A stretch of 64,000 bases of DNA, taken from assembly GCA_965113315.1 (NCBI GenBank), contig OZ220364.1; one strand, written 5' to 3'. Source of the DNA: Podarcis vaucheri (taxonomy: Eukaryota). The position numbers were made by a program, and so were the translations under genes. Each line of letters opens with the position of its first letter. The stretch's first letter is position 1. Shown in pieces: positions 51,096 through 64,000 of this stretch. The notes below the pieces were generated by a model. It did no database searches. It worked only from the letters and a program-made list of their open reading frames with translations, and was not told the DNA's origin.

Positions 51096-51826
51096 TTCTT
51101 GGAAGGGTAGGCCTTTAATGGCTGCTAGTTCTGATGCCACATCCCAGATCACAGTCCAGGTACTAGCAATGAGAGGTCTGTTGCCCCCGTGTATTCTGCT
51201 TGAGGGCTTCCAGAGGCATGTGGCTGCCCATTTTTAAGAGTCAGGGTACAGGACTAGGCAGACCTATGGTCTGATCCGCTTCCTATGTGCTTATATAGAT
51301 CTAAGAACATCACACGGGTAACAAATTGAGCTTTTGGCCTTCTGGAATGGACAAGGACTGATGCTACAGCCTATGCACCTCTCTGTTTACAGGGCTGGCT
51401 GGTGTGCTGTCCATCAAATGCTTTTTGGGACTCCAGTTCCCAGCAGCCTCGGCCTGCATGGCCAGTGGTAAGGGATGATGGGAGTTGCAGTCCAGCAACA
51501 TCCAGCAGGCACACAACAGCTGCCGTAGTCAATGGTTACTATTTAATGGATAGCTGCTTTGGCATCATGGTTCAACTAGAGGGATGAGTTTGGAAGTTGG
51601 AATACCAGGTTCAGAATCCTGCTGCGCTTTGACGTTCACTGGATAGGCCACAGGCAAGGTTTTACATTTTCAGCTTAACCAGCTTCTACCTCACAGGGTT
51701 GTTGTGAGACTTAATAATGCAATCCTTCCTTGCCCAATGTTGTTATCTGACACTGGAAAGGGTTGTGGTGTGGTACGCTGTTTTCAGGGAAGGGCACCTT
51801 GGCTTTGCATCCAGCACTCCCTAGAG

Positions 51827-52077
51827 CAGGGGTAGGCAACCTAAGGCCCGGGGGCCGGATGCGGCCCAATCACCTTCTCAATCCGTCCCGCGGATGGTCC
51901 AGAAATCAGTGTGTTTTTACATGAGTAGAATATGTCCTTTTATTTAAAATGCATCTCTGGGTTATTTGTGGGGCATAGGAATTCGTTCATTCCCCCCCCT
52001 CAAAATATAGTCCAGCCCACCACATGGTCTGAGGGACAGTGGACCAGCCCATGGCTGAAAAAGGTTGCTGACCCCTG
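51827..52077 (+). mobile_element. hAT (Charlie-like) non-autonomous element, family B copy 2
   Basis: 8-bp TSD ccctagag/ccctagaa and TIRs CAGGGGTAGGCAACCT / AGGTTGCTGACCCCTG. Confidence 0.85.
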
Positions 52078-54924
52078 CCCTAGAAATCCCTCTAAGGAGC
52101 TCCATTCCCAGGCCCCTCCATTGCACCAGTCTGGAGCTGGCATAGCACAAAGGAAAGGAAGAGCCACTCAGTAGTCATCCTGGCTGAGTGTGAGCCAAAG
52201 GTCTTGGGGTGCCTAGGTGCATGTCCAGCTTCTCACTCCTGTCTAGTCCAAGTTAGGATTGCCCTTTAAAGTGTTCTTGTGCTGTGAGGTCCTTGATTCA
52301 GCTATACAGTATGGTAATGTAATCAATACACTACACCAATTCTTAATTGGTGGATTTTGTAAGCAAGCATTTTTTTTTAAAGAAGCAGCTTGAGGCAATT
52401 GATTCCTGGGGGAATTGGGGAAATTTCTTCAACCAGGAAGGCTGTGACCAGCCCTAGTATTCTACATCCCATCTGTATCCTTGTAGTCTGCTCTCATAAG
52501 ACGTTTGTTACCGCAGAATGTTACGGCTTTCCCCACATAATCTCCCGTCTGCATTCAGACTGATTACATTGGAAGAAATAGGTCTCTTTTTGTGTCACCC
52601 CAGGCACTGGGAATAGATTGCCCTGTGGCAGCAGATGAGGTTACAGGTACTGCCAAGAATTTGTGAAGAGATGTAGTGCATCAGTACCTATACTGTGGTG
52701 GCCAATCTGCAATCTCCATAGTTAAAGATCACAAAAGTCCTAAGATGTTTAAATAAAAAATGCCAGACCTACTCTTTTACTTTATTTCTCTCCACCCTCC
52801 ACCCCAAGATCTCTGTTTCCATTTTTATTTGGCAAGAATACCATAGAAGTTAAATTAAATGCATTGTTGTCCTGTCAGGCCTCTTACATATTAGATATTT
52901 AATTTCATGTTTCATACCTTTTGGTAATGAATCTTCTGACCACCCCATGCAAAAGATGTACTTTCATCCTGACCAACTCTAGTGAGTGGCAGCTTTAACT
53001 AGGTCACGAGTCTTTAGCCAAGGAAATCTATGTGTTTCTTGAAATTGCATTCAGTGTTCTCCATTCCATTAGGAACTTGGCATGTTACCCCTAACTGCTT
53101 GTTCTTCCCAATTTTGCCTTACCCCATTTGCGGCTTGTGGGATATAATTGGCCCCAGTGAAAACTTCTACAGTGCACCCACTTTCCTTTCAGTAGCAAGG
53201 AAAGCTTGCAGACATCTCATGCATAAATCCATTGTCCCAATGTCAAGCTTGCGTACTATGGAAACATCAAAGCGAAACTCCCATTTTCTTCTCCAATGAC
53301 TTATATCTTCCTTTCTAGATAACTTTACCCCCGCTGAAGAATGATCACATTTTGGAGCAGGAATAGTATTTTGCTCATATGATGTTGATAACGCAAACTG
53401 CTTTTAGGGGGAAATCCAGCAACTTCTTCGCTTGATGCAACCACAGTAAAGTCATTACTAAAATGTAGATTATCTGAGGTTTGATGGGCTGCAGAGCCCA
53501 GTTAGCATGCTGTCAACTGCTTTGCCCTTGAGAATGCCAGATGTGTTTGGGTTAAAGGAGTGGGACTTTCATGTACGTTGGATTTTTGAACCGAACACTG
53601 TAGGTAGTGGCTCCCCTGGAATGACTGTAGCCACACAACATCCCTATGAGTGAGACTCTGACTTCATTTTTGTAAATGTGGGTGATAAGGGCACAACTAG
53701 TCAAAATCAGTCAATTCCTCCTTTTGAGAAGAGGGGTTTGAATCCAGCTCAGTGTAACAATCTACCCACCACCAGACCACACTGTGGCAAAGAACACTGT
53801 CTGCATCTCATGTCCCAGCTGAGTGATGCAGATCTCAAATATATCAAGTGTTTCTTTGTGCTGGTGGGCAAAAGCACAGAGGTCAAGAACCAGCTCCTTC
53901 TCCCACAAGCATCTATGCTCTTGATGTGGCTTTCAGGATTATTCAGCAGCATGTGTTTGTAGACAGTATTATGATGATGATTATTAGAATTTGACTTTTT
54001 TGGAGCTTCCTCATGTAACCTCTGAACAGAATGTTATACTGACATTCCCAATAATGTCAGCCACTTCGCTCTTAAATGGAAACCATATGTTGGGCTGTGT
54101 GCTGCTTCCTATTCCCTCTCCTCCTTCCCAGTAATATCTCCCACAACTAATTTTAAACGCCGGTTGAGCTTAAATATGTATCCTCTTCTCCCCCCCCCCA
54201 CTCTTGCATAGCAGCAAAGTCATTTGACTCCTGGGGTTTAACATCACTTATATTCTCTCAATTGTTTCATCTGCTTTCACAAGTTGCTACACTCCAGCTC
54301 CCATGAGCTCCAGCCAGCATGGCCAATGGTCAGAGATGATGGGGTTTGGAGTTGAGTAACATCTGGTGGGAACCAAAATTTGGGGAAGGCTGATTTACAT
54401 AAACATGGGGAGATTTGGGTGGCTGGTGTGAATGCGGTGGAGGACTGAGCAAACCTCAGTGTTACCTGTCATCCACAGCTTTTGTGAGCGAGTTAAGTCT
54501 TGTCACTCAACGTCTATTATAAATGTTAATAATTTGAACCTCCCAAAGATTTTGCATGGCCCCAGATAATGGAAATTATTATTGCAACCAAAGGGTAGCC
54601 AATGTGTGGTGTCCTATATATGTTCTTAGACTCCCAATTCCCATCAGCCCCAGCCAAGCATGGTCAGTGTTCAGGGATGATGGGAGTTGTAGTCTGTGAT
54701 ATCTGAAGGGTACCATGTTGGCTACCCTTGTTGCAACTTTTTCAGATAAGCACCAGAGTTGAATTCATACCTGAAAGCCTTTTCAAACTTCATGGCCTTG
54801 CCGTGTTCCGCAGCCGCTATTTAAATCCCCACAACTTATTTATCTGAGCATGTACAGTATATTCTCTTGAAATAAATGGAGGCGCTCTTACAGTAAACTC
54901 TCCATCTTTCCTTTCCTCCCCCAG

Positions 54925-55313
54925 TGGACTAACACACGAGTCTCACAAAAAAGATGTTGAACAGGTCTACCTCCGCTGCGCCGAAGGATCCATAGACTGG
55001 ATGTATCCCACAGGAGCGCTGATAGTGAACCTGCGACCCAGTATTGTATCTTCCTCTTCCAAGCATTGGACTGTCTGCATAAAGCCCTTCAAGGACTCCG
55101 CAGGAGCAAATATTTATTTGGAAAAAACTGGAGAACTGAAACTGCTGGTCCAAGATGGGGATCACAGCCCTGCCCGAGTGCATTGCTTCAGCTTTGAACA
55201 AGGCGGACTCTTTGTCGAGGCCACCCCTCAGCAGGACATTAGCAGGAAGATCACAGGCTTCCAGTATGAACTGATAAACAAGGGGACGGCATCCGATTTG
55301 CACATGGTTTCTG
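54925..55313 (+). CDS. METRNL: METRNL coding exon 2 (389 nt) (S)GLTHESHKKDVEQVYLRCAEGSIDWMYPTGALIVNLRP...EATPQQDISRKITGFQYEL...DLHMVS
   Basis: Strong polypyrimidine acceptor ctttcctcccccag and donor G|gtaagt, phase 2/1. Carries the hallmark METRNL motifs VEQVYLRC, WMYPTGALIVNLRP, GANIYLEKTGEL and GGLFVEATPQQDI. Confidence 0.97.
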
Positions 55314-55602
55314 GTAAGTTGCGAGACGATCCATTGCAGTTGCACTGTCCTGGTTTTGAATGCTCAGTGTCTGCCAAAGTGAATGTGAAAATAGTACACT
55401 GGGGGGGGGGTCTACAGTCCATCAGTTGTCTGGTTACACAAAGTAGCTAGAAAGAAAGTTGTACTCTTCAGAAATGGTTATGGTGAAGAGGAGCTCCTTC
55501 TAGGAAGAAAATTGTTAAGAAATAAACAGATATTTCTTACCTTTCTAACAGGTCAGTGTTATGCAACTTTGCTTGTTGCCCCTGAAATGAACAACCTGTA
55601 TT

Positions 55603-55604
<2 letters not shown>

Positions 55605-55640
<36 letters not shown>
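55605..55640. repeat. (GT)n microsatellite
   Basis: Visible run. Confidence 0.95.
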
Positions 55641-55642
<2 letters not shown>

Positions 55643-58624
55643 ACCTCAAGGTACCAAGTCACAAATCCCCTGCCCTTTTTTTTTTAAAAAAAAAAATTAT
55701 TGCTTTCTCTCTACCCCACACCTTGTGTACAGGTATGAATTGTGAGACAGGCTCCAAATCAAAATGATAACATAAATGACTGAAAAGAGAGGTCATGAAT
55801 TGTAAACTTGGAGCTACTTTGCACATGATAGACTTCCCAGTAGGAAAGTGCATGTACCTCATTGGGAGAATCACATCAGCCTGTTGTCCTGCATGTACAG
55901 TGGTTCAGTGGCAAGTGATTCAGCCAATTGTTGCTGGACAAAGACTTCCTTCCTCATTCCACTCCTATTGTTCTGCTTCTGTTCCTCCTATTCCTTGACC
56001 TAATTACTCTTTTGTTGCAAAGGAGTGGTTCTTCTCCTGGGGCAAGGCCTGCCTTATCACATCTTATAAACTCCTCAATCTCAGTGAAATGTACAGTTGA
56101 TATGACACATCTTGCCATGTGGTGTAATTTAGTGCCTTTAGCCCAAACAGGCCTTAGGGACCTACTACTTAGGTTTTCAGCCAGATATTTGTATGGTGGT
56201 AGTGCTGCTGTTGTGACCCACCATAGAGCAGGCCATGGCCCAGTACTGAGTTCTGACCCACCACTTTTGCACTAAGATGTAAAAAAAAAAACCCATTTCT
56301 TTCAAACGTTTGTATCTTCATGTGTTTTATTCCCTCCATCCTCAAAACTGCATTGAATAAAGAATGCATGGCATGGCCTAAAGAATATGCACTGAGTTAT
56401 TAACAGCATCCTAGGGGGCACAGATACCTTTTGTATCAAACGGGGAAAGGCCAGGGCGCTGTTGGGTACTGCCACCAGTTTTCAGACAAATTCATGACTG
56501 GGCAGTTTTTCAGGCACCTGGGTTGGGCTGGTTGTGGTCTTCAGAGCTGAAATTTCACATCATATTAGGTCAGTTGCTATCCTTTGATTCTGATGAGACA
56601 CGATACAAATGTTTTGTGGCTACTGAAGCACCACTTAATAACCTGCATTTCAAAGTCACAACACAACTTTTGAGTCCAGCTCCTACTTGTGCTTCAGGCA
56701 TTCTTTTTGGTGTTTTTTTTTTTGTCTTTTTGAGTAGAAATTTTCGGTTCTGCAAAGTAATGTTGGCTGCCTGTCAATTCAAAATGTGTAGACTGCAGAC
56801 ATCTGTTTTTTTGGGTGACCTTGCGCGTGTAACTCTACTTTGGCTGCAACAGCTGCTGCAATTCTCCGCAGCAGCTGATAGGTGGCGCATTTGGCATTGC
56901 AACTGACAATTGGATATTTTGCTCTCAATTATGTTTTTCTTTTTGCTTTCTGAGATATTTTAAAGTTGGATATTTTGGAATCTTAAATTATTCTAGAGAC
57001 TACATTGCAACAAAATCTGTTGCAGTGCATTCCTGCTTCTGTGCAGTATTAAGTCCCACTTAATTTATTGGGACTTGAGGTAGAAGATAGTAACTTTAGC
57101 ATATGATTGCCCATATTCTAGCAAACCACCTTCTGATAATTTCTGTAGATTCAGCTATAAATTTATAAGCCCTTTTGCACCCACTTAGTTCTTCCCCACT
57201 GAAACTAGGGAGAAATGAACCACACTCCATTGTTTAGTGTTGCATCTGAGCTAGGGACCATGGTTTATTCTACTCCAGACAAACCATAATGATAAGCGAA
57301 GAGCAAGCTTCAGTTCCAATGTAATGCTAAGCCAGGGATGGTGGTTTCTTTCTCCCAAATGTGAGCAGGAGGAATAAAGCAAGTGTGATCACCTCGGCTC
57401 ATGGGAGGTAAGCCATGGTTCGTGGTTTACTGTGGTACACAAAGGCTGTCTCATGTTTGGTAGCTAGGACCCATCAGTTAAATTCTAGTGATTTCGGTCT
57501 TCTTTTTTTACACCACATTTACAACACGTTCTTATGCATTTCAGGTGCAAATCCCACTTGAGTTCAATGGAACTTGCTTCCAGGGATCATGTGTAGTATT
57601 GCTGCATTTGCCTTCCTTACTGACTAATGGGAGGTGGTAGAGTTCAAGAAAGGTGTGAATTGATCCTAGCTTGAGAGATAATAGTTTTGAAGGGCTAAAA
57701 GAAGGCAGCTGTGAAGTTCATGCTTAAGGAGGTTTCACATAAGTTGACCCTACTTCCCCCTCCCTGCAGTCATGTACTCTCATCAGCTAAATGACTACTT
57801 GCCTCTCTTCCTGCACCCTTATGATATTACTGAACCCTGCCCTTAATTTTTTTCCTGCTCCTTTTCCTAACCTAGCTGTCATCAAAGCACCCGAGTCATC
57901 ATATTAATACTTTAATGACCCGTTGTGCCCCCAGAATTATGACATTGCAGAGTGCATCAGCACATAAGCAGTGTTTGGCAGAGTGCCATGGTTTTAATTA
58001 GTAGATCCAGCATTTTATTAGTTTACACTCCTCCATTCTCAATCTGGGCTTTGCAAATAATGCAACTAGACTTCCCCAAGCAAGCTTCTTGGAGCAGGGA
58101 ACAAACACTGTGTTGTAAACCATGTTCTGTTGGTTTAGCCATATTCCTATGGCACATACCCATTTATGTTCTGTGTTTTTTGGGAGTTTCATTCAAAGAC
58201 ATGCTATACAGTGGACTTTGTTGTCATTTGATGTTACATCCCAGGGCATAGGATTGGCAGAAGCCATGGCAGGTGATCTCCATTATGTATGCACTTTACT
58301 TGGGTTCCCTCCGCTCCATAAGTGAGTTTGAAACATTTTGTGAATGAGCAAAGATTGGGAATTACCTTTTTAATGGATAGCAACATGTGAGTTGTGTCTG
58401 CTGCTAGTTTCAGCGGCTGAAAGTGAATTACTGGTCCACTGATGTATGCTGACCTAAGGCTGGAGTTATGTAAATAGGAAGGAGCAATTAGGCAGCATTT
58501 CTATATATGTGGCAAAAAGAGTGTGTCTGATGCTCATGCCACCCCCTCCTGTAAGCACAAAACCACAAAGTTCACACTGGACTGTGGCGCTGAAAGTGAA
58601 CTATATAACATCATCCAGGAGATA

Positions 58625-58934
58625 CTGGTTTCACACATAGTGCTAAACCATGGCTTAGTGCTATGAGCAAGCCCTACGCAGCAGCTTAATTCTGACTTGC
58701 TATGGTCTATGAAGCCACAAGCTATGTCTTGGTGCTATGTGCAAACCTAACACCCTTTCCCAACCGTGACATGCTTAACACCTGCACCATCACCACCAGG
58801 TGCTCACTAAACTACCAAAGCACAAGAGCAGGCAAAGAACAAGCCATCTTCTGTGGGACAAATTGTTAACACATTCTTTTTTTTTTTAAAAAAAGAACAA
58901 ACAAACTATGGCTTAGCCTTATGTGTGAACCAGG
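58625..58934. mobile_element. Old MITE with terminal inverted repeats
   Basis: Termini ctggtttcacacatagtgctaaaccatgg / ctatggcttagccttatgtgtgaaccag. Related aaaccat/atggttt-rich stretches occur at ~1860-2180 and ~57200-57430. Confidence 0.5.
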
Positions 58935-59143
58935 CCACTATGTGATGTGTAGGATCTAAGGGCGGAGAACTTGCATTTTGTCTTTGTAACATTTTTTTGC
59001 CTGCTTTCCTTGCATCAATATGCTACACATTTTCATGCCCTCATCTTTGGCAACCAGTGATGTATTTTTTTTTTTGTGGGTGGGGGCATAATGATGAATC
59101 AGGACATGGGGTAATTTGCAATAGAAATTCAACATGGGGCTTC

Positions 59144-59194
<51 letters not shown>
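59144..59194. repeat. Compound (TG)n(AG)n microsatellite
   Basis: Visible run. Confidence 0.95.
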
Positions 59195-59196
<2 letters not shown>

Positions 59197-60157
59197 AGCT
59201 ACTTTTCCTAAGAAGAGGACAAAGTAGTGAGTAACTTTCTTTGAAATCTTCTGAGATCAGCTTGAAAGCTATATAGCCAGTGGCACTACCAACTGAGAGG
59301 AAAACTAATAAAATTAGAGACAGCCCCATCCCTCCTTCCCTTTCCACTCTGTCTCACACTCTCATATAAATCTGGAATGGGAACTTTACTAAAGCACTTG
59401 AGAATAAACAAAGAAGGTTTGGGGCTGAGGCTCGCTCAAAGGTAACCACTATATACGCACACAAAAATACAGTGCTGCCTCAAATTTTTTTTTTTTAATG
59501 AAAGGAAGGAAAGTTGGGGTCCCTCACTGAGCTTGAATAATCTTTCTTTGCAGCTGTTCATCTAGGATTCCAATCCCCTTACTCATGTTGAAAAGCACTT
59601 TACTCCATGAGAGTTTGCTCTGTATATTCAAAGTGCTTTTTAAACTCCAAGCTCCTTAGTTTTCACTGGAAAACTGCTTCCCTGTGCCTTAGCCAAGATC
59701 TGCAAACTTAATTTACTGGAATTCAGAAATATAAGCCCCTGTTACCTTCAGGGGTTGTTCTGCATTAGGCCAAGTCAAACTTTAACAAACATTTCCTCTA
59801 TCTTGATGGGATCTACTTCTGGTAAGGCAGGTCTGCCGGTTTATGGGTTTGCTATATTTTAATGTCCGGTAGCGAGTTGAAAACATTTATAAATGCCCAC
59901 ATTGAAATGCCGCTCAAGTTATGTGAGAACAGTAACCAGCTTATTTTCCAAAGGTTAATGTTTGAGGAATATAGCCCTTGGAAAGCCTTTTCTCTGGTAT
60001 GAGGCAAAAGTGTGGGTGGGTGGGAAACAGAGATGAAGGATGGATGTGTAGAGGTGACACACACACACACCTCAACAGTTGCACATGATGACATTTGGGA
60101 CAGATTCCGGAAGGGCAGGTGAGGAATGTCACAGAATGCCTGATAAGATACAGAAAT

Positions 60158-60332
60158 TAGGAAGCTGCCTTATATACAGTCGGGCCACTGCCCAAGTAGC
60201 TCAGCATTGGCCACACTGACTGTAGCAGCTCTCCATGGTTTCAGACCAGGGTTTTCGCCATCTCTACCTGGGGATGTCATGGGTTGAACCGGAGACCTTC
60301 TGAATGCAACACCCTCTGCTGAGCTATAGCTC
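60158..60332 (-). mobile_element. Squam2-like SINE, inverted
   Basis: taggaagctgccttata...tagctcagcattg...cacactgact...ctacctggggatg...ggttgaacc...ctgagctatagc. Confidence 0.6.
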
Positions 60333-62399
60333 TTATCCAAGGACATGCATTGATTTGAATTCAGGGTCTCTCTTGACCCTGTGATCCACACCAATGTATG
60401 GTTGCGGGAGAACCACGGTGTCCTGACTGTAAAAACGGTTAACCCTGGTGGAGACGTAACCATGGGTTAATATGCAGAACAGAATGAACAGAGGAATTTG
60501 CTTGTGGGGGGAGCGGGTGGTGGAGAGCACACGGCCTGATTCCAAGGTAAGAACCACGGTCAGTGGAACAGCATAAACACATCTATGTGAGCTTAGTATC
60601 TCTCGTGTTCCGAATATAGCACCAAAACCAAGAAAAGCACAGGGGGCTGTGTAAGCTCTGAAACTTCTCCCTCCCCTCTCGTCCTGTGGAAGGGTTCTTT
60701 GGGGTAGAATGTATGGTCTGAGTAGGCCTAAGGTGGCAATAAAGTCACTTTGACGCCTTGCAATCCTGTCAATTAATAAAAGCTTATTCCCACCCCCCAC
60801 CTTTCCTCTCAGACAGGGCTTCTCTTTCAAATGTCAAGTAGGCATTCGACTGAACCTTGTTTAATGATTCACCCCCACCTACCCTCTTCTTTTGGGCTTA
60901 AATTTTGTTGGCAGGAGAGGAAAGGGCGGAAGGATGTGTGAGCAAAAGAGAGTCACTTGCTGTAGCTTATTTGAGGCTGCACAGGCCCCTGGAACCTGCT
61001 TTGCAGAGTTTTGCCTGCCAAAAGGCTCATAATGACCTTTTCACAAAAAAGCTACGTTTTCAGAGCCAAAGCAAGGTTACACCCAAAAGCAGTGGCCGGG
61101 AGGGGAGAGAGAGAGAAAGAAAGAAAAAGAAGGAGAGAGAGACAGACAGAGAGAGGAGCCCTTCCACCCTAACAGTGACACATCCCATTCTGGAGAGGCA
61201 AAACAGGTTATTTAAAATTAATAAATGAGCATTTTTTTTCTTTTTCTAATCCTTCAGACATACATGCATTTTAAAAAAGGTCAGCAGGTTCTGCGGGTAC
61301 TCGGAGTAATATGATGCAGATTACTGGAAACACAAGCTTGTATTCTCGTTTTTAGAAGCCCAGTCAATTTTTAGCCAGCTAACATCATACTTGCATCTTT
61401 CTCTTGCAGTGCCCTTAAAAAAACAACAAACCAAAACTGATTAGGTGAGACGTGTACAGGTACTTGTCTAAGTACCACAACCTTTACCAGCCCAGTATCC
61501 TGCATAGGTTTTGAACAGTTCCCAAGAATATATCTGCATGGGGTTTAGGCTGTGCATCTCCTGTTGATGTCAGGGCACCTGCCTGTATTCAGAATTTAGT
61601 ATTTGGATCTCATCCCCTTGAAGCTCTGAGATTGTTTCTGGATGAAAGCCCACTGAGTAAGGCTGATTCATGCTTGTGGTTACCCTGAGCAGCAGTATGG
61701 CTTTATACCAAGTTTCACCTGCGGGATGAATAATGCAACAATTCACAGGCAACTGGCATTACAACACCCTCCCCCCCAAAAAACAACAACAACACCCTGA
61801 AACTTCAAGCCACCTTAATGAGGAGCAAATGAACTCTGAAGCGCCTCGCTGGATTTCTCAAAAGTGTGGTCACTTTTGCTGATGTAGTTTTAATAGGAGA
61901 CAGAGAAAATATGAGGCTGCTGTCCTATAGGAAGGCATGAGCTTTGCAGAGTTTAATGGCACTTGGGTCTGAGTACTCACATACAGGATCAAACTGTTGA
62001 AGAAGCAGGTTCCTAGCACTTGATGGCAGAGATTAGTTTAACTGTGTGTGCCTTCTTGAATTCAAGGAGCACCAAGCAGAATTACCAGAGGGTGGGATTT
62101 CTGTGCTCTGCATGGCTCTTCATCCCATTCCAGGGCTTTAGCAGAAACAGAATAAATGTGGCATGATAAGGATATTTTATTTAGGTTGCAGAATTTGGAT
62201 TACCTTGCATCAGAATTTGGGGTTATTGGGCACAGTGTACACAAAAGGCAGGTCCCCTAGAGTGAGTTGATGTGGCAGTCTGAAATGATTACGGTACATA
62301 AGGGAACTCTTTGGGTTCAAGGGTGACTTCTCTGAAGTTTTGCTGTAATACAAGAAACAACATTTTTATTATTATTTGAGACCAAAAGAAGGAAGGGCT

Positions 62400-62402
<3 letters not shown>

Positions 62403-62473
<71 letters not shown>

Positions 62474-62485
62474 TTATGTGTGTGT
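62403..62485. repeat. Compound (TC)n(TG)n microsatellite
   Basis: Visible run. Confidence 0.95.
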
Positions 62486-63440
62486 ATGGCAAAATCCTAT
62501 TTTGTGGTAATTCACATTCATTTCATTGAGACTTGGCCCAGGAGAACAGCTTCGTGGACTGCATTTTCCCTTTTAGTCAGCAGCCGCTGTGGCACGTTCC
62601 ATGCTTCAGCTAAAGCCTTGTCTGCGTTTGCAATTCCAGATGTTGCTATAATTTTGCCCAACTTTCTGTGAAAAAAGTCTGAAATGAACCAAAATCCATG
62701 CCTCCTCCTCCACACTTCCAGCCTCTCTCAGAAACCACTCATAAAAGATTGCTTAGGTTATTTTGAAAGGCTTCCTTAAACTTTGATCTTCTTTCACTAA
62801 CTTGCTTTCCAAGTTTAACTTTAACCAGCTCCTAGTCATTTAATTCAATTCCACTCCAATCTGGATTCCATATGGGGCTGAGACACTTTCCTGGCAGGGC
62901 TCCAGCTTGGGTTAATATATACCAGGGCTTAGTTTTATTGTCCTGATACCAGAGGGCAAGGGAAAGTTATTTTTGTGCTCAGCAAAATAACAGATAAGAA
63001 CTTACAAGTATAAAAGGGCAGGAAACTTGTGGTGTGCCCACAAGCCGCCCCCCTCCTTCTAACTAAATGGAACAAGATAGTTCTAAGATCTTCCCTTTTG
63101 TCCATAGCAAACAGGACATACAATGCAGAGTATAGACGATCCAAATTTCTGAAAGAGAGATCAGTTGAGGCAGGGAATGATAGTTTGGGACCAGGTTTTA
63201 GTGTGTTCACAGCACTATCAGTAAAGATGATCTTTCAATGACTTCTGATGTCAGGGCAAGCTCTAGTTTCCTATTACTTCTAAACTGGCTGACCTGTACC
63301 CTTCTTCTGTGATGGAGGTTTGGGGGCATGTCTTGCCCCCAGACCTATCAACCAGGTTGCATTTAGCAGCATGGTCCAAAGGGAGGTCTGTGATGCTACA
63401 CAGAGTTTTTGATTGCAGGGAAGTTTTGGGAAGCTTTGTA

Positions 63441-63682
63441 CAGTGGTACCTCAGGTTACATACGCTTCAGGTTACATATGCTTCGGATCACAGACTCCGC
63501 TAACCCAGAAATAATGCTTCAGGTTAAGAACTTTGCTACAGGATAAGAACAGAAATAGGGCTCTGGCAGTGCGGCGGCAGCAGGAGGCCCCATTAGCTAA
63601 AGTGGTGCTTCAGGTTAAGAACAGTTTCAGGTTAAGAACGGACCTCCGGAACGAATTAAGTACTTAACCCGAGGTACCACTG
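63441..63682 (-). mobile_element. Tc1/mariner MITE, family A copy 6 (242 bp, inverted)
   Basis: TA TSD and TIRs; in METRNL intron 2. Confidence 0.9.
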
Positions 63683-64000
63683 TATTTGCTCCCTCCGTCA
63701 TGAGATGGAAAAGGCAGGGCTGGTGTGCACATGGTGACTTGTTTAGAGCCACAAAGCCGAGACAGGTTTTCGGTTTGAACCCATGTCTCCCTGGCCCAAG
63801 GTTTGCCTTCCTACTTTTCCACATTACACAGAGCATTTTCCCTTAGGAAGGGGCAAAAGAAACTAAAGCAGTCCATTCTTTAGGACACAGACCAAGCCCT
63901 GCTGCGCATGGGGTTCCGGACTTGAATTTTCTAAAAAAGAAAAACAGGTTAACCTGTAAATACGTTTAATGAAATATCACAGTCCCAGCGGGCAAAGTCA

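Noticed and set aside
55314-55450. C-terminal part of the 149-aa ORF (GKLRDDPLQ...)
   Set aside because: Read-through past the G|gtaagt donor into intron 2.
60333-60830. 165-aa minus-strand ORF in METRNL intron 2
   Set aside because: Non-ATG start, no recognisable domain and no convincing splice signals.
55314-64000. METRNL exon 3 (APCRPCSD...)
   Set aside because: Not found by eye; presumably beyond the window.

Overview
This is vertebrate genomic DNA from a squamate reptile. The repeat set (Sauria SINE, Bov-B LINE, Squam-type SINEs, lizard-type hAT and Tc1/mariner MITEs) suggests a lacertid-like lizard, which is an inference. The window holds the 5' parts of two head-to-head genes, the same arrangement as at human 17q25.3. 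On the minus strand is B3GNTL1/QTGAL (queuosine-tRNA galactosyltransferase, GT-A fold). It has a CpG-island promoter at ~24.4-24.9 kb, a probable first coding exon at 23839-24036 and four clear coding exons at 20899-21015, 19819-19918, 14971-15035 and 7192-7257; later exons appear to lie left of the window. On the plus strand is METRNL (meteorin-like), with a CpG island at ~47.5-49.3 kb, coding exon 1 at 47898-48031 and exon 2 at 54925-55313; later exons appear to lie right of the window. The rest is intronic or intergenic DNA dense in transposons. These include a young 5'-truncated Bov-B LINE with an open RT domain, three Sauria SINEs, six copies of a ~242-bp TA-flanked MITE, several hAT MITEs with 8-bp TSDs, CR1 and L2 remnants, tRNA-derived SINEs and microsatellites. 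No CRISPR array, rRNA or intact tRNA was seen, and I cannot support a wholly new biological system. The best leads are two uORFs in the METRNL leader, a 66-aa N-terminal extension on QTGAL, a speculative spliced antisense ORF nested in B3GNTL1 introns, and several informative transposon events.
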